From Chloroflexota bacterium (lineage in GTDB: Bacteria; Chloroflexota; Dehalococcoidia; UBA2979): a stretch of 64,000 nt of DNA. Location: positions 32,001-96,000 of the forward strand of contig JAQCIU010000004.1 of assembly GCA_027593235.1 (NCBI GenBank). Reading direction: 5' to 3'. Both the position numbers and the translations under genes were made by a program. The notes beneath the pieces are model-generated. The model did not search any database, was not told the DNA's origin, and worked only from the letters and a program-made list of their open reading frames with translations. Positions 1-9,719 of the stretch are shown piece after piece (position 1 is the stretch's first letter; the number at the start of each line of letters is the position of its first letter).

Positions 1-1
1 G

Positions 2-163
2 TTTGTGGAGCGTGCGCCCGTGTCCGACCAGCACCAGCGGCAGCGGGCCCTCGGCGGCCTCGGGCGTGAGCAGAACGCCGGGCGCGACGTGGTCTTCGAG
101 GTCGAGCGCGAATCCGCGGTCGACGACGCCGTGCTCGATCGCGGGGTCCGTGGTCCAGCGCAT
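2..163 (-). CDS. alpha/beta hydrolase (dienelactone-hydrolase-like), N-terminal part, runs off window edge
   Basis: Manual translation from ATG 163: MRWTTDPAIEHGVVDRGFALDLEDHVAPGVLLTPEAAEGPLPLVLVGHGRTLHK; the PLVLVGHG strand/oxyanion pattern is typical of alpha/beta hydrolases. Not in the ORF track. Confidence 0.65.
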   Translation of the reverse strand, partial: MRWTTDPAIEHGVVDRGFALDLEDHVAPGVLLTPEAAEGPLPLVLVGHGRTLHK

Positions 164-231
164 GTCACCGATCCGATCCCCGAGTTCGCCTGAAGATCGT
201 ACCCTGACGATGCGTAAGCGAGGCGGAACAC

Positions 232-891
232 ATGACCACAGCCGAACCCGACGCCCGGACGACCATCACGGTGGTCAGCGACTTCATCTGACCCTGGTGT
301 TACGTCGGCCTGGTCGAGGTCGAAAAGCTACAGCGCGAATGGGACATCGACGTCGACTGGGCGCCGTTCTTCCTCGATCCGTCGATTCCGCCGGAAGGAC
401 GTACCCGGCAACCTCGGACGACGCCGGACACTCCGAAGTCGGCGCTCGAGGAGCGAGGCGAAAGCCTTGGCATTGAGTTCCGCCGCGGGCGGACCTACAC
501 GCCCAACTCGATGCTCTCGCTCCAGGCCGGTGCCTTCGCCAAGGAGCACGGCACCACCGAGCAGCAGCACGAGTTCCACAAGGTGATGTTCGAGACGCAC
601 TTCACCAGCCTGGGCAACCTCGGGGAACTGGAGACGCTGAAGAGCCTCGCGACCCAGGTCGGCCTCGATGCCGACGCGCTGGCTGAGGCGCTCACCGACG
701 AGCGCTACCGGGCACAGGTGGAGCAGGAGATCGACTGGGCGCGGTCGGTGGGCGTCACGGGAATCCCGACGTTCATCCTCAACAACCAGTACGCGGTCGT
801 CGGCGCCCAGCCTTACGAGGTGTTCGAGCAAGCGATGGAGCAGCTCGGTGCGAAGCGACGAACCGCCGAGGGGTCGTCGGAACCCGACTAG
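232..891 (+). CDS. DsbA/FrnE-family thiol oxidoreductase, probable selenoprotein (U-P-W-C active site, TGA at 289-291)
   Basis: ATG 232 after GAGG; reads MTTAEPDARTTITVVSDFI-TGA-PWCYVG and stays in frame with ORF 511..891 (C-terminal GVTGIPTF...VVGAQP cis-Pro motif). FrnE consensus is SDxxCPWCYxG. Confidence 0.88.
292..323 (+). promoter_or_regulatory. candidate bacterial SECIS element
   Basis: TCGGCCT(305-311)-GGTCG-AGGTCGA(317-323): 7-bp stem with one G-U pair; loop begins with G, 20 nt after the UGA. Confidence 0.65.
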
Positions 892-1331
892 TACTGCCCG
901 AGGACGGCGTCGAGCGACAGTGGTCCAGCGCCTCCGAGGGCAAGCGTGAGCGCGCCGGCGACCATCAGCACGTCCAGTTCGTAGCCCTGCACGTCGCCAC
1001 CCTGGAATGGCGCGCCAAGCTTGAATCGTTGCACGTAGGTGGCGACCAGCATGTTCGCGGCGAGCGGGATCGCGATCCAGTGCACGCCGAGCCCGACGAT
1101 CAGCAGGATCCCACCGACCAGCTCGAGGCTCGCCACGAGTCGCGCCGTCGGTTGCGGGAACGGGAATCCGAGGCTGCCGAACCAGTCGCCGGTGCCGGAG
1201 ATCCCTCGACGCCACTTGCCAAGGCCGGCATCGAGGAAGATGTAGCCCAGCACGATGCGGACGGGAACGACACCCCACTCGATCGTGTTCACGTCGAACA
1301 GCTCGCGCCACGGACTGGTCAGCAGTTCCAC
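888..1331 (-). CDS. DoxX family membrane protein
   Basis: RIVLGYIFLDAGLGK, ELVGGILLIVGL, GYELD..., GAGPLSLD DoxX motifs; four hydrophobic segments; GGAGG upstream. Confidence 0.88.
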   Translation of the reverse strand: MELLTSPWRELFDVNTIEWGVVPVRIVLGYIFLDAGLGKWRRGISGTGDWFGSLGFPFPQPTARLVASLELVGGILLIVGLGVHWIAIPLAANMLVATYVQRFKLGAPFQGGDVQGYELDVLMVAGALTLALGGAGPLSLDAVLGQY

Positions 1332-1414
1332 GTTGTCCTCCTCCAGGCCGGCGAGCGTGGCCGTTGCCGAGAATGGGCATCGTAGCCGCGCTCACACGCT
1401 GCGATACTCCAGCG

Positions 1415-2029
1415 ATGACTGAGCATGGGCACGCGCCGCACCCCGTCGATCCGGACGCCTTGCAGCGCTGGATCAACGACGACCTCGGGATCGAGGGCTT
1501 CCGGCGCCTGGTGCGGGACGACGGCGAGCAGATCCTGGTGTCGAAGTTCGACGAGGGCTTCGCGGCCGGGGTGCACGAGCTGATCGCGCTGATGCCGGAG
1601 CTGTTCGAGCTGCCCTCGGTGGTCGGGGCCTACGAGGCGGCCGCGGGGGACGGCGGCGCCCGCCTGGACGCCTGGCATCGAGGCATGCATGCGATGCTCC
1701 GCGAGGCCGGCGCCCGCGAGGGCATCTCCGATCTGCGACAGGCTGAGGTACGCACCGGCATCGACTCCGTTTACGCGGTGCTGAGCACGGCGCTGTGGAG
1801 CGACCCGCAGGTCGATCAGCTGTACACGCCGGGGCCGGGTGAACGGACGGCCTACCTCGATGCGCTCGCGTCACTCGAGGACGGCCGCGACATCTTCACC
1901 CGCGTCTACGGGCGCTTCGAGGGGCGGCTGGTGGTGAATCACTGCCCGGGCGCGTCGTTCGCGCGGGTGATGCTGGCGCAGGGCTGGACCGCCTGTACCG
2001 GCGAACCGCCGCCAGACGCGGCGAGCTAG
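1415..2029 (+). CDS. hypothetical protein (C-terminal NHCPG motif)
   Basis: ORF with host-like codon usage; ATG 1415 lies 6 nt after TGC-GATACT (extended -10). No family recognised. Confidence 0.7.
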   Translation: MTEHGHAPHPVDPDALQRWINDDLGIEGFRRLVRDDGEQILVSKFDEGFAAGVHELIALMPELFELPSVVGAYEAAAGDGGARLDAWHRGMHAMLREAGAREGISDLRQAEVRTGIDSVYAVLSTALWSDPQVDQLYTPGPGERTAYLDALASLEDGRDIFTRVYGRFEGRLVVNHCPGASFARVMLAQGWTACTGEPPPDAAS

Positions 2030-3528
2030 GGCGCAGCCAGACGATCGCGGAGGTCGGCTCGCACGAGGTGACGCTGCAGCTTGCCTGACGCGGTGCGCGG
2101 CAGTGGCTCCTCGGAGAACTCGAATCGCCTCGGGAGTTTGTAACCGGCGAGCACGACTCGCAGGTGCGCCACTAGGTCATCCGCGGAGGGCGCTGCGTTC
2201 GGCCGTGGGACGACGAGTGCGGTCACCAGCGCGCCCCAGCGAGCGTCGGGGATACCGACGACAGCCGCCTCCAGCACGCCAGGATGTGTCGTGAGCGCCG
2301 CCTCCACTTCGGCGGGATACACGTTCTCGCCACCGGTCACGATCAAATCGTCGCGGCGGTCCGACACGAAGAGGTAGCCCTCGTCATCGAGGTAGCCGAG
2401 GTCTCCGGTGTGCAGCCAGCCGTCTCGCAGTACCTCGGCCGTCGCGTCGGAGCGGTTGAGGTATCCCGGCGTGACGGTCGGACCGGCGACGAGGATCTCG
2501 CCGACCTCGAGGGCGTCGGCGGCACGGCCGTCGACGGTGATCGCGAGCGTGGTGATCGGCAGCGGCTGCCCGGCCGAGCCGAGCTTGCGCAGGGCGTCGG
2601 CGTCGCTGAGCGTCGCCACTTGCGAGGCCGCCTCGGTGAGTCCGTAGGTCTGGAGGACGGGCAGCCCTCGATCGCGCGCGCGCACCAGCAGATCCTCGGG
2701 CACCGGGCCGCCACCGACGAGGACGGCGCGCACGTTCGACGGGAATGCGTCGTCGTCAATGTCGAGCATGCGGCGCAGCATCGTCGCCACAACGGAGAGG
2801 AGCGTGACGCCCTCGGAACGGAGGGCGGCGTTGACGCGCCGCTCCTCGAAGCCGGCGTGGATCACGGCGGTCGTCCCGTAGATCGCGGAACGAAGGAGGA
2901 TCGACAGCCCACCGACGTGAAAAAGAGGCATGCAGGCGAGCCAGCGGTCCTCCGGCTCAACACCGAGATTCTCCGCCGAGGCGGCCGCGCTCCAGTAGAA
3001 GTTGCCGTGCGTCAGCAACGCGCCTTTCGGCGAGCCGGTCGTCCCGGAGGTGTAGATGACGCTGTGTACGCCGGCGCCATCGAGCTCCGTCGCGGCGCGG
3101 ACAGCCTGGGCGGCGGTCCACGGACGCTCCTCGATCGACTCGATCCGCGCGGGGGTTCGAGCGGAGGCGGCCTCCGCCAGTGCGCGATGAGCGCCGTCGG
3201 CGAGGACCACACGCGCCTCGGCATCGGTCAGTTGGAAGCGGAGCTCATCCTCGGTCAGCCGGGCGTTCAGCGGGAGCAACGTCGCGCCGGAGCGTGGGAT
3301 CGCGTGCGCGAGGACGGCAAACTCAACACTCGCGGCGGCCAGCAGCGCGACACGGTCGCCGGGCGCCACGCCGAGCGCGCGCAGCCAACCGGCTGCCCTC
3401 GATACATGGTCTTCGAGGTCGGCGTAGCTCAGGCGAGCGCCGTCGGGAGCCTCGATCGCGGTGTGGGCGGGATGCGTGGCGGCGCGGAGCGCGACCCAGT
3501 CGCGGAGCACGAGTGCGGGCGCATTCAC
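2026..3528 (-). CDS. menE: o-succinylbenzoate-CoA ligase
   Basis: AMP-binding motifs YTSGTTGSPKG, YGLTE, TGDLG, LPRTASGK; last gene of the men cluster; GTGA overlap with menC stop. Confidence 0.9.
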   Translation of the reverse strand: MNAPALVLRDWVALRAATHPAHTAIEAPDGARLSYADLEDHVSRAAGWLRALGVAPGDRVALLAAASVEFAVLAHAIPRSGATLLPLNARLTEDELRFQLTDAEARVVLADGAHRALAEAASARTPARIESIEERPWTAAQAVRAATELDGAGVHSVIYTSGTTGSPKGALLTHGNFYWSAAASAENLGVEPEDRWLACMPLFHVGGLSILLRSAIYGTTAVIHAGFEERRVNAALRSEGVTLLSVVATMLRRMLDIDDDAFPSNVRAVLVGGGPVPEDLLVRARDRGLPVLQTYGLTEAASQVATLSDADALRKLGSAGQPLPITTLAITVDGRAADALEVGEILVAGPTVTPGYLNRSDATAEVLRDGWLHTGDLGYLDDEGYLFVSDRRDDLIVTGGENVYPAEVEAALTTHPGVLEAAVVGIPDARWGALVTALVVPRPNAAPSADDLVAHLRVVLAGYKLPRRFEFSEEPLPRTASGKLQRHLVRADLRDRLAAP

Positions 3529-4628
3529 GCGCGGACTGCGACCTCGGTCCACGGCCCGGTGGCAACCGCCTCGAGCGCGTCGACGTCCGGCGCGATCCCC
3601 AGTCCCGGTTCGGACGGTAGTGCCAGCCGGCCGGCGCGCGCGATCAGCGTGGTCGCGGTGACATCAGCTCCGAGGTGGGCGCCAGTACCGAGGCCCTGCG
3701 CCGCGTCGGTGGGCAGCGCCGCCGCGAGGTGCAACGACGCGGCAATGCCGATCGATGAATCGAAGGTGGTGGTGGCGAACGCCCCGATCGACCGCTCGGC
3801 GGCGCGTTCGGCGAGGGCGATCGAGGGCGTGATCCCGCCGAGGAACATCGGCTTCAGGACGATGAAGTCGGCAGCGCGCAGTTCCAGCACACGCTCGAAG
3901 CCCTCGGGGGTGTCGACAGACTCGTCAGCGGCGATGCGCATCGGGGCGCGCTGGCGGATCCGCGCTAGCGCCTCGATGTCGTGCGGAGCAGTTGGCTGCT
4001 CGAGCAACTCGATGCGGTACGGATAGAGCGCGTCGAACGCACGGAGCGTCTCGCGCTCTTCCCAGGCGCCGTTTGCATCGAGCCGGATCGTGGCCTCGGG
4101 ACAGGCGTCTCGCAGCGCGGCAACGCGCTGGACATCCTCGGCGAGCGAGGCAAGCCCAACCTTCAGTTTGAGGACGGCGTAGCCGGCCTCCATCGCCTCG
4201 CGGCCGTAGAGGGCAACCTCGTCGGGCGGACCGCCACCGATCACCGCGTTGACGTGCACCCAGGGGGCGGGTTCCTTGGAGAACAGCCCCGCAATCGGGA
4301 CGCCAGCGGCGTCCGCGCGCAGATCGAGCATCGCGACGTCGAGGGCGCAGCGCAATGCGGCAGTGCCCGGGCCATCGCCGAGCAGATCGGGGTTCGCGAC
4401 CAGCGCGGCGCCGTGGGCGGCCAGCAGCTCGAGGACGTGCGCAGCCGTACCGCCGTCGTTCCCGATCATCGGTGACGCCTCGCCGGTACCGAAGCGGCCG
4501 TCGCCATCCTCGATCTGGACCAGCACGCCCTCGCGATGATCGAGCACACCGCTGGCGGCCTGGAAGCGGGCGCTCATCGGGAGTTGGAACGGACGCCAGC
4601 GAAGCGAACGCGGCTGCACTTCGGTCAT
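3525..4628 (-). CDS. menC: o-succinylbenzoate synthase
   Basis: Enolase superfamily motifs KLKVG, RLDANGAW, LEQP, AADES, VLKP; ATGA overlap with menA stop. Confidence 0.88.
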   Translation of the reverse strand: MTEVQPRSLRWRPFQLPMSARFQAASGVLDHREGVLVQIEDGDGRFGTGEASPMIGNDGGTAAHVLELLAAHGAALVANPDLLGDGPGTAALRCALDVAMLDLRADAAGVPIAGLFSKEPAPWVHVNAVIGGGPPDEVALYGREAMEAGYAVLKLKVGLASLAEDVQRVAALRDACPEATIRLDANGAWEERETLRAFDALYPYRIELLEQPTAPHDIEALARIRQRAPMRIAADESVDTPEGFERVLELRAADFIVLKPMFLGGITPSIALAERAAERSIGAFATTTFDSSIGIAASLHLAAALPTDAAQGLGTGAHLGADVTATTLIARAGRLALPSEPGLGIAPDVDALEAVATGPWTEVAVRA

Positions 4629-5530
4629 CGACTCAGTCCGATCGCCAGCAAGATCGCGAAGATGAAGTGAAGACGCGCCGTCGCACGGAGCGCCGCGTTC
4701 AGCGGGGGACCCTCGACGCGGGTCAATACCGCGACGATCGGGCTTACCGCCGCCGGGATGCTGAGCCACGAGAGCAGCGTCCAACCCGAGAACGAACCAA
4801 CGAGGAAGAGCGCCGCCGCCGAGACGTACGCGCCCGCCATGAACAGCACGTACTGGTAGCGGGCCAGCCGCCGGCCGAGGTAGACGGCGAGGGTGAACTT
4901 CCGTGCGGCGCGATCCGTATCGATGTCGCGGACGTTGTTGACGACGAGGATCGCGGTCACCGTCAGCCCAACCGGAACGGAGGCGGCCAGCACCGCGCGG
5001 GTGACCTCGCCGGCCTGCACGTAGTACGTGCCGGAGACGGCGACGAGACCGAAGAAGATGAAGACGAACAGCTCACCCAGGCCGCGATAGCCGAATGGCC
5101 ACGGCCCACCGGTGTAAGTGACCGCCGCGAGGATTGAGGCGAGCCCGATCGCGATGATCGGCCAGCCCCCGACGTACGAGAGATAGAGACCCGCGACGCT
5201 CGCCGCGATGAACGCCACCAGCATCCCGGTCAGGACCTGGCGCTGAGTGAGCAGACCAAGCTGCGTCACCCGCGCCGGACCGATCCGATCGGCGGTGTCC
5301 GCGCCACGGCGGAAGTCGGAGAGATCGTTTGCGAAGTTCGCGCCGACCTGAAGCGCCAGCGCCCCGATCAGCGCCGCGAACGCCGGCCAGGCATCGAACA
5401 CACCGTCACGCATGGCAACGGCGGTGCCGACGGCGACCGGCGCCAGGGCGGCGGTCAGCGTGGGCGGCCGCGTGGCCATCAGCCACACGCGCGGGGATCC
5501 GGGGACGAGTGCAACGGGCTGAGACGTCAT
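4625..5530 (-). CDS. menA: 1,4-dihydroxy-2-naphthoate prenyltransferase
   Basis: RPPTL, NFANDLSDFRRGAD, NNVRDIDTD UbiA/MenA motifs; multi-TM. Confidence 0.93.
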   Translation of the reverse strand: MTSQPVALVPGSPRVWLMATRPPTLTAALAPVAVGTAVAMRDGVFDAWPAFAALIGALALQVGANFANDLSDFRRGADTADRIGPARVTQLGLLTQRQVLTGMLVAFIAASVAGLYLSYVGGWPIIAIGLASILAAVTYTGGPWPFGYRGLGELFVFIFFGLVAVSGTYYVQAGEVTRAVLAASVPVGLTVTAILVVNNVRDIDTDRAARKFTLAVYLGRRLARYQYVLFMAGAYVSAAALFLVGSFSGWTLLSWLSIPAAVSPIVAVLTRVEGPPLNAALRATARLHFIFAILLAIGLSR

Positions 5531-5572
5531 CGTGTTGAAACTCTACGGCAACTCGTTGCTTGCGATCTGCCC

Positions 5573-6409
5573 TCAGCGGCTCGGCGCGTCGAGGCCGAAC
5601 GTCCGCTCGATGAACGTCGCAGCCGCCGATTCGAAGGCTCCGGGGTCCTCCAGGTGTACCGCGTGGCCCGCGCCGGCGATGACGCAGCGCTCAGCGTTCG
5701 GCATCGCGGCGGCAAGGCCGACGCCAGTCGCGGTGAACTTTTCGTCGAGGGCGCCAGTCAGCAGCAGCGTCGGCGCCTCGATCGTGTCGAGGCGCTCGTG
5801 AATCGGCTCCTGTGCGCCCGTGCCCATCCCACGGAGGCTGTTGGCGAGCCCGATCGTGGTATTCGTCATCCGTTGCGCGCGGAGCGCCGCGACTGTCTCC
5901 GGCGAGAGTCCGTCCTGGGTATTCCACAGTGGGATCGACTCCCAGTAATCGACGAACGGCTCGAGGCCCTCGCGTTCGATCCGATCCGCGAGCGCCTCGT
6001 CCGAGGCGATGCGCGCCGCGCGCTCCGCCGGATCGGCAAAGCCGGCGGTCACGCCCTCGAGGACCAGCGCGGCTACAGCATCCGGACGGTGCGCGGCTAC
6101 CTGCAGCGCGGTGCGCGCGCCCATCGAGTAGCCCAGCCACGCCGCGCGCTCGTGCCCGAGCCGCCTCAGCGCCGCGACGAGGTCATCGACGCAGCGGCGC
6201 ATCTGGTAGCGGTCAACGGCGGTCGGCGAATCCGATGCGCCGTGACCAACGACGTCGATCGCAATCACCTCGAACCGTGGCGCGAGCACCGCGGTCAGCC
6301 GATCCCAGGTGGTGGTCGAGCCGGTGAAGCCGTGCACCAGCACGACGGGCGGTCCCGCGCCGGTCCGCTCGACGTTGAGCGCGAGGCCGTCGACATCGAT
6401 GCGGGCCAT
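5573..6409 (-). CDS. menH: SHCHC synthase (alpha/beta hydrolase)
   Basis: HGFTGS, GYSMGAR, GALDEKF, GHAVH; start ATG 6409 overlaps menD stop (TGATG). Confidence 0.9.
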   Translation of the reverse strand: MARIDVDGLALNVERTGAGPPVVLVHGFTGSTTTWDRLTAVLAPRFEVIAIDVVGHGASDSPTAVDRYQMRRCVDDLVAALRRLGHERAAWLGYSMGARTALQVAAHRPDAVAALVLEGVTAGFADPAERAARIASDEALADRIEREGLEPFVDYWESIPLWNTQDGLSPETVAALRAQRMTNTTIGLANSLRGMGTGAQEPIHERLDTIEAPTLLLTGALDEKFTATGVGLAAAMPNAERCVIAGAGHAVHLEDPGAFESAAATFIERTFGLDAPSR

Positions 6410-8169
6410 CAGCGGGCGGCCGCCGGCGCCGCATCGAGGGCTGCGCGAACGGCCGCGCAGGCCGCGCCGAACACCTGCTGGTGGAGCGCGACGTTCCTCG
6501 AACGGTCGGTACGCAGCTCGAGGACATCGAGGCCCGGGCGTTCGATCGCGGCGGCGATCGCGGCGCAGCGGTCGCCTGCGAGATAGGTGTGGCGGCCGCC
6601 GTACAGGGCAGCGGTGTGACGGAAATCGAGGCCGTGCGGCGTGCCAAACCACGGTTCGAACCGCTCACCGACGATCCCTCGCTGGGGGAGAAACTCGAAG
6701 ATCCCGCCGCCGTCATTGTTCACCAGCACCACGGTCAGGTTCAGCCCGTGACGGTGCACGGGCCAGAGCCCGTTCTGGTCATGGAAGAAGGAGAGGTCGC
6801 CGATCAACAGGACGACCGGGCCATCGACCGCAGCAGCGCCGGCAGCGCTTGAGACGACGCCGTCGATACCCGAAGCGCCGCGCGTCCCGACCAGCCGTAC
6901 ATCCCGCGACAACGCCGGGAAGAAACTATCGATGTCGCGCACCGGCATGCTGTTCCCGACGACAAGCGTCGCGCCGACCGGTAGCGCTGCCGCAAGGTCG
7001 CGCGGCACGGAGCCCTCGAACGGTTCGACGAGGTCATCGATCGCGGCTTCGATCGCCGTCCGGGCCGCGCGGTTGGCGCCGGTCCAGAGCGCCGTCCACT
7101 GGTCATCGGCGGGCGCCGGCGTGACCTCGAGGAGCGCGGCGCAGAGCCGATCCGGGTCGGCGCGCAGTGGCATGCCCGCGAGCGCGTCGGGATCGCGGAC
7201 ACCACCGACGCTCGGCTCCGCGGCATCCACCACGATCTGTTCGAGGCCTTCGACCGCCGCGAGCCAGAGGTTGAACGGCTTCGAGGTCGGCGCCGCGCCG
7301 AAGCGGATCACCACCTCGGGAGCGGCGCGCGCGGTGAACGCGGGCTCGCGCGCCAGCACGTCCGCCCGATCGATCACGCGTGACAGGTCATGGTCGCCCG
7401 CGCGCAGCCCGGACAGCGGATCGGCGACGATCGGCCAGTCGAGCTGATTCGCGAGGGCGACGAGCGGGGCCGCCGGCAGGCCTGCGGATTCCGGGCCGGC
7501 GACGATCAGACCTCGGCGGTTCGTGATCCGCTCGGCGAGCCAGGCGACAGCACCGTCCGCGGGGGCGATCCGCGCGGGTCGCGCTTCGCGAGACGCGTGG
7601 ATCGAGGGGGGCGGCGAAGCCGGCTCATGATCGACCAGCGGCTCGCGGAAGGGGAAGTTCAGGTGCACCGGCCCGGCGGGAGCCTCGAGCGCGAGCAACG
7701 CCGCGCGTTGCGCCGTGGTGGCGGCGTAGCGATCGAGGGCCGCGATGCCGTCGGTGAGCGGCATGTCGACCGCCCACTTCGCGTGCGAGCCGAACATCCG
7801 CACCTGGTCGATCGTCTGTGGCGCGCCAACGTCGCGCAGCTCCGGCGGGCGGTCGGCGGTGAGGACGATCAACGGGACCCGCGACAGTCGCGCCTCGACC
7901 ACCGCCGGGAGAAAGTTCGCCGCCGCGGTGCCGGAGGTACAGACGATCGCGACCGGTTCGCCGCGCTGGCGCGCGATGCCGAGGGCGAAGTAGCCGGCCG
8001 AGCGCTCGTCCAGATGCAGCCACGGCGTGATCCCGCAGCGCTCGGCGGTGAGCGCGAGCGTGAGCGGGGTGTTGCGGGAGCCCGGAGCGATCACGGCGTG
8101 GCGGACGCCGCTGACGGCAAGCGCGGCAACGAAGCTGGCGACGTAGCGATCGAGGGCTAGCGGCACCAT
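6409..8169 (-). CDS. menD: SEPHCHC synthase (ThDP-dependent)
   Basis: PGSRNTPL, DERSAGY, CTSGTA, TADRP, GPVHLN, RGASGIDG, GDLSFFHD..NNDGGGIF. Confidence 0.95.
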   Translation of the reverse strand: MVPLALDRYVASFVAALAVSGVRHAVIAPGSRNTPLTLALTAERCGITPWLHLDERSAGYFALGIARQRGEPVAIVCTSGTAAANFLPAVVEARLSRVPLIVLTADRPPELRDVGAPQTIDQVRMFGSHAKWAVDMPLTDGIAALDRYAATTAQRAALLALEAPAGPVHLNFPFREPLVDHEPASPPPSIHASREARPARIAPADGAVAWLAERITNRRGLIVAGPESAGLPAAPLVALANQLDWPIVADPLSGLRAGDHDLSRVIDRADVLAREPAFTARAAPEVVIRFGAAPTSKPFNLWLAAVEGLEQIVVDAAEPSVGGVRDPDALAGMPLRADPDRLCAALLEVTPAPADDQWTALWTGANRAARTAIEAAIDDLVEPFEGSVPRDLAAALPVGATLVVGNSMPVRDIDSFFPALSRDVRLVGTRGASGIDGVVSSAAGAAAVDGPVVLLIGDLSFFHDQNGLWPVHRHGLNLTVVLVNNDGGGIFEFLPQRGIVGERFEPWFGTPHGLDFRHTAALYGGRHTYLAGDRCAAIAAAIERPGLDVLELRTDRSRNVALHQQVFGAACAAVRAALDAAPAAAR

Positions 8170-8187
8170 GATCCTTCCCGCCGCCCG

Positions 8188-9567
8188 CTAGGCGGGGATG
8201 GCGCTCGCCTCGGCCGGGATGCGGCCGCCCAGCGCCTCGGCGAGCGGGCGCATCTTCAGCGTCACTTCTTCCAGTTCGGCCTGGGGATCGGAGTCGCCCA
8301 TGATGCCATTCCCGGCGAAGAGCCAGGCACGCGGGCCACGCAGCAGGGCCGCGCGCAGCGCGACGGCAAACTCGCCGTCACCGTTGGCGTCGAGCCAACC
8401 AACCGGTCCGGCGTACCAGCCACGATCGAAGTCCTCGTGCTCCGCGATCACACGCCGCGCGACGTCACGCGGCCGACCGCAGACCGCAGGCGTGGGGTGC
8501 AGGCGCTCGACCAACTCGAGGATGTCGACGCCCTCGCGTGCATCGCCGGCGATCCGCGTCGCCAGATGCTGGATGTTGCGGAACCGCCGCACGGACGGTT
8601 CGTCGTCCACCGTAAGCCCGTCGGTCTCATCCTCGAGGCGCTCGACGATCTCGCGGACCACAACGGCGTGCTCCTCGCGGCTCTTCGCGTCGGCGAGCAG
8701 TTCACGGCCCAGCGCGCGATCCTCGGCGGGGTTCTCGCCGCGGCGCTGTGAGGCGGCGAGGCCAAGCGTGCAAGCGTGCCCGCCTTCGAGGCTAATCAGC
8801 AGCTCGGGGCTCGCGCAGATCAGCGTCGCGTCACCAGCGGAGAAGCTGACGACGTGGCAGTCGGGGTAATCGGCGCGAAGCTGTGCGAGGGTCTCACCGA
8901 GCGGCAGATCGCCATCGCGTTCGAGTTCGATCGAGGTCGCCAGCACGGCCTTCTCGTAGGCCCCTTCGCGGATACCGATCGCCATTGCGCGGACGTTATC
9001 CCGCCATGCGTTCTCATCGATTGAGCGTGCCGAACGCAGCGGATCGCGAGCGGGCAAAGCGCCGTCTGGCTCGTCGATGACGCGCTCGATCAGCCGAAGG
9101 GCCTCCGTCGCCGAGGTTCCCGGTGCCAGCACTACTCCCGACACGCCGCCCTCGAGGACGAACAGCATCCGCGGGAGTACCAGCGATCCCGCACCGAACC
9201 GCTCCCATGGCGTCCGCGGCGCCTGATCCGGCGCGAACCGAAAACCACCGAGGAGCCTTGGACGCAGCACCGAGTGGCTGTCACGTGGCGTGCCCTCGAA
9301 CAGTGCGCGGACCCGCGCACGCGCCGCGGTCGGCGTCTCACCGATCGCGAGGTCGATGCGCGCGGCCTCGCCGATACCGATCAGCGCGAAGCCCTGGTCG
9401 GGGCGCTCGTAGCTCCCAACCACCGCAGTAGCGGTGGAGCCGGTGAGCAGGCAACGGGGATCGAATGTGGCAGGAAGTTCAATCGAGGCGAACTCGCTGA
9501 GTGAGCGGTCGCTGGTTCCCACCTCGAGCGCGGCGGCGGCTTCGTCGATTGCGCGTCGAAGCGACAT
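8188..9567 (-). CDS. menF: isochorismate synthase
   Basis: KAVLA, ASPELL, KSREEH, HPTPAVCG, RGWYAGPVGW, AVALR chorismate-binding motifs; first gene of the men operon. Confidence 0.9.
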   Translation of the reverse strand: MSLRRAIDEAAAALEVGTSDRSLSEFASIELPATFDPRCLLTGSTATAVVGSYERPDQGFALIGIGEAARIDLAIGETPTAARARVRALFEGTPRDSHSVLRPRLLGGFRFAPDQAPRTPWERFGAGSLVLPRMLFVLEGGVSGVVLAPGTSATEALRLIERVIDEPDGALPARDPLRSARSIDENAWRDNVRAMAIGIREGAYEKAVLATSIELERDGDLPLGETLAQLRADYPDCHVVSFSAGDATLICASPELLISLEGGHACTLGLAASQRRGENPAEDRALGRELLADAKSREEHAVVVREIVERLEDETDGLTVDDEPSVRRFRNIQHLATRIAGDAREGVDILELVERLHPTPAVCGRPRDVARRVIAEHEDFDRGWYAGPVGWLDANGDGEFAVALRAALLRGPRAWLFAGNGIMGDSDPQAELEEVTLKMRPLAEALGGRIPAEASAIPA

Positions 9568-9719
9568 CAGACAATCACTTTCACCGCGAGCGGAGGAGCG
9601 GCCGCTGAGCCCGGCGAACCGGACCGTTGTGACTGAGTATATCCACGGGTCCGCTTAGCAACCCGGGAGTTTAACCCCGCCGCTCCCGTAGACTTTGTGA
9701 GCCGAAAGGGTGCCATTCG

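Noticed and set aside
511-891. 126-aa ORF as the complete DsbA protein
   Set aside because: It lacks the active site; the frame extends to ATG 232 through a single TGA at the catalytic position.
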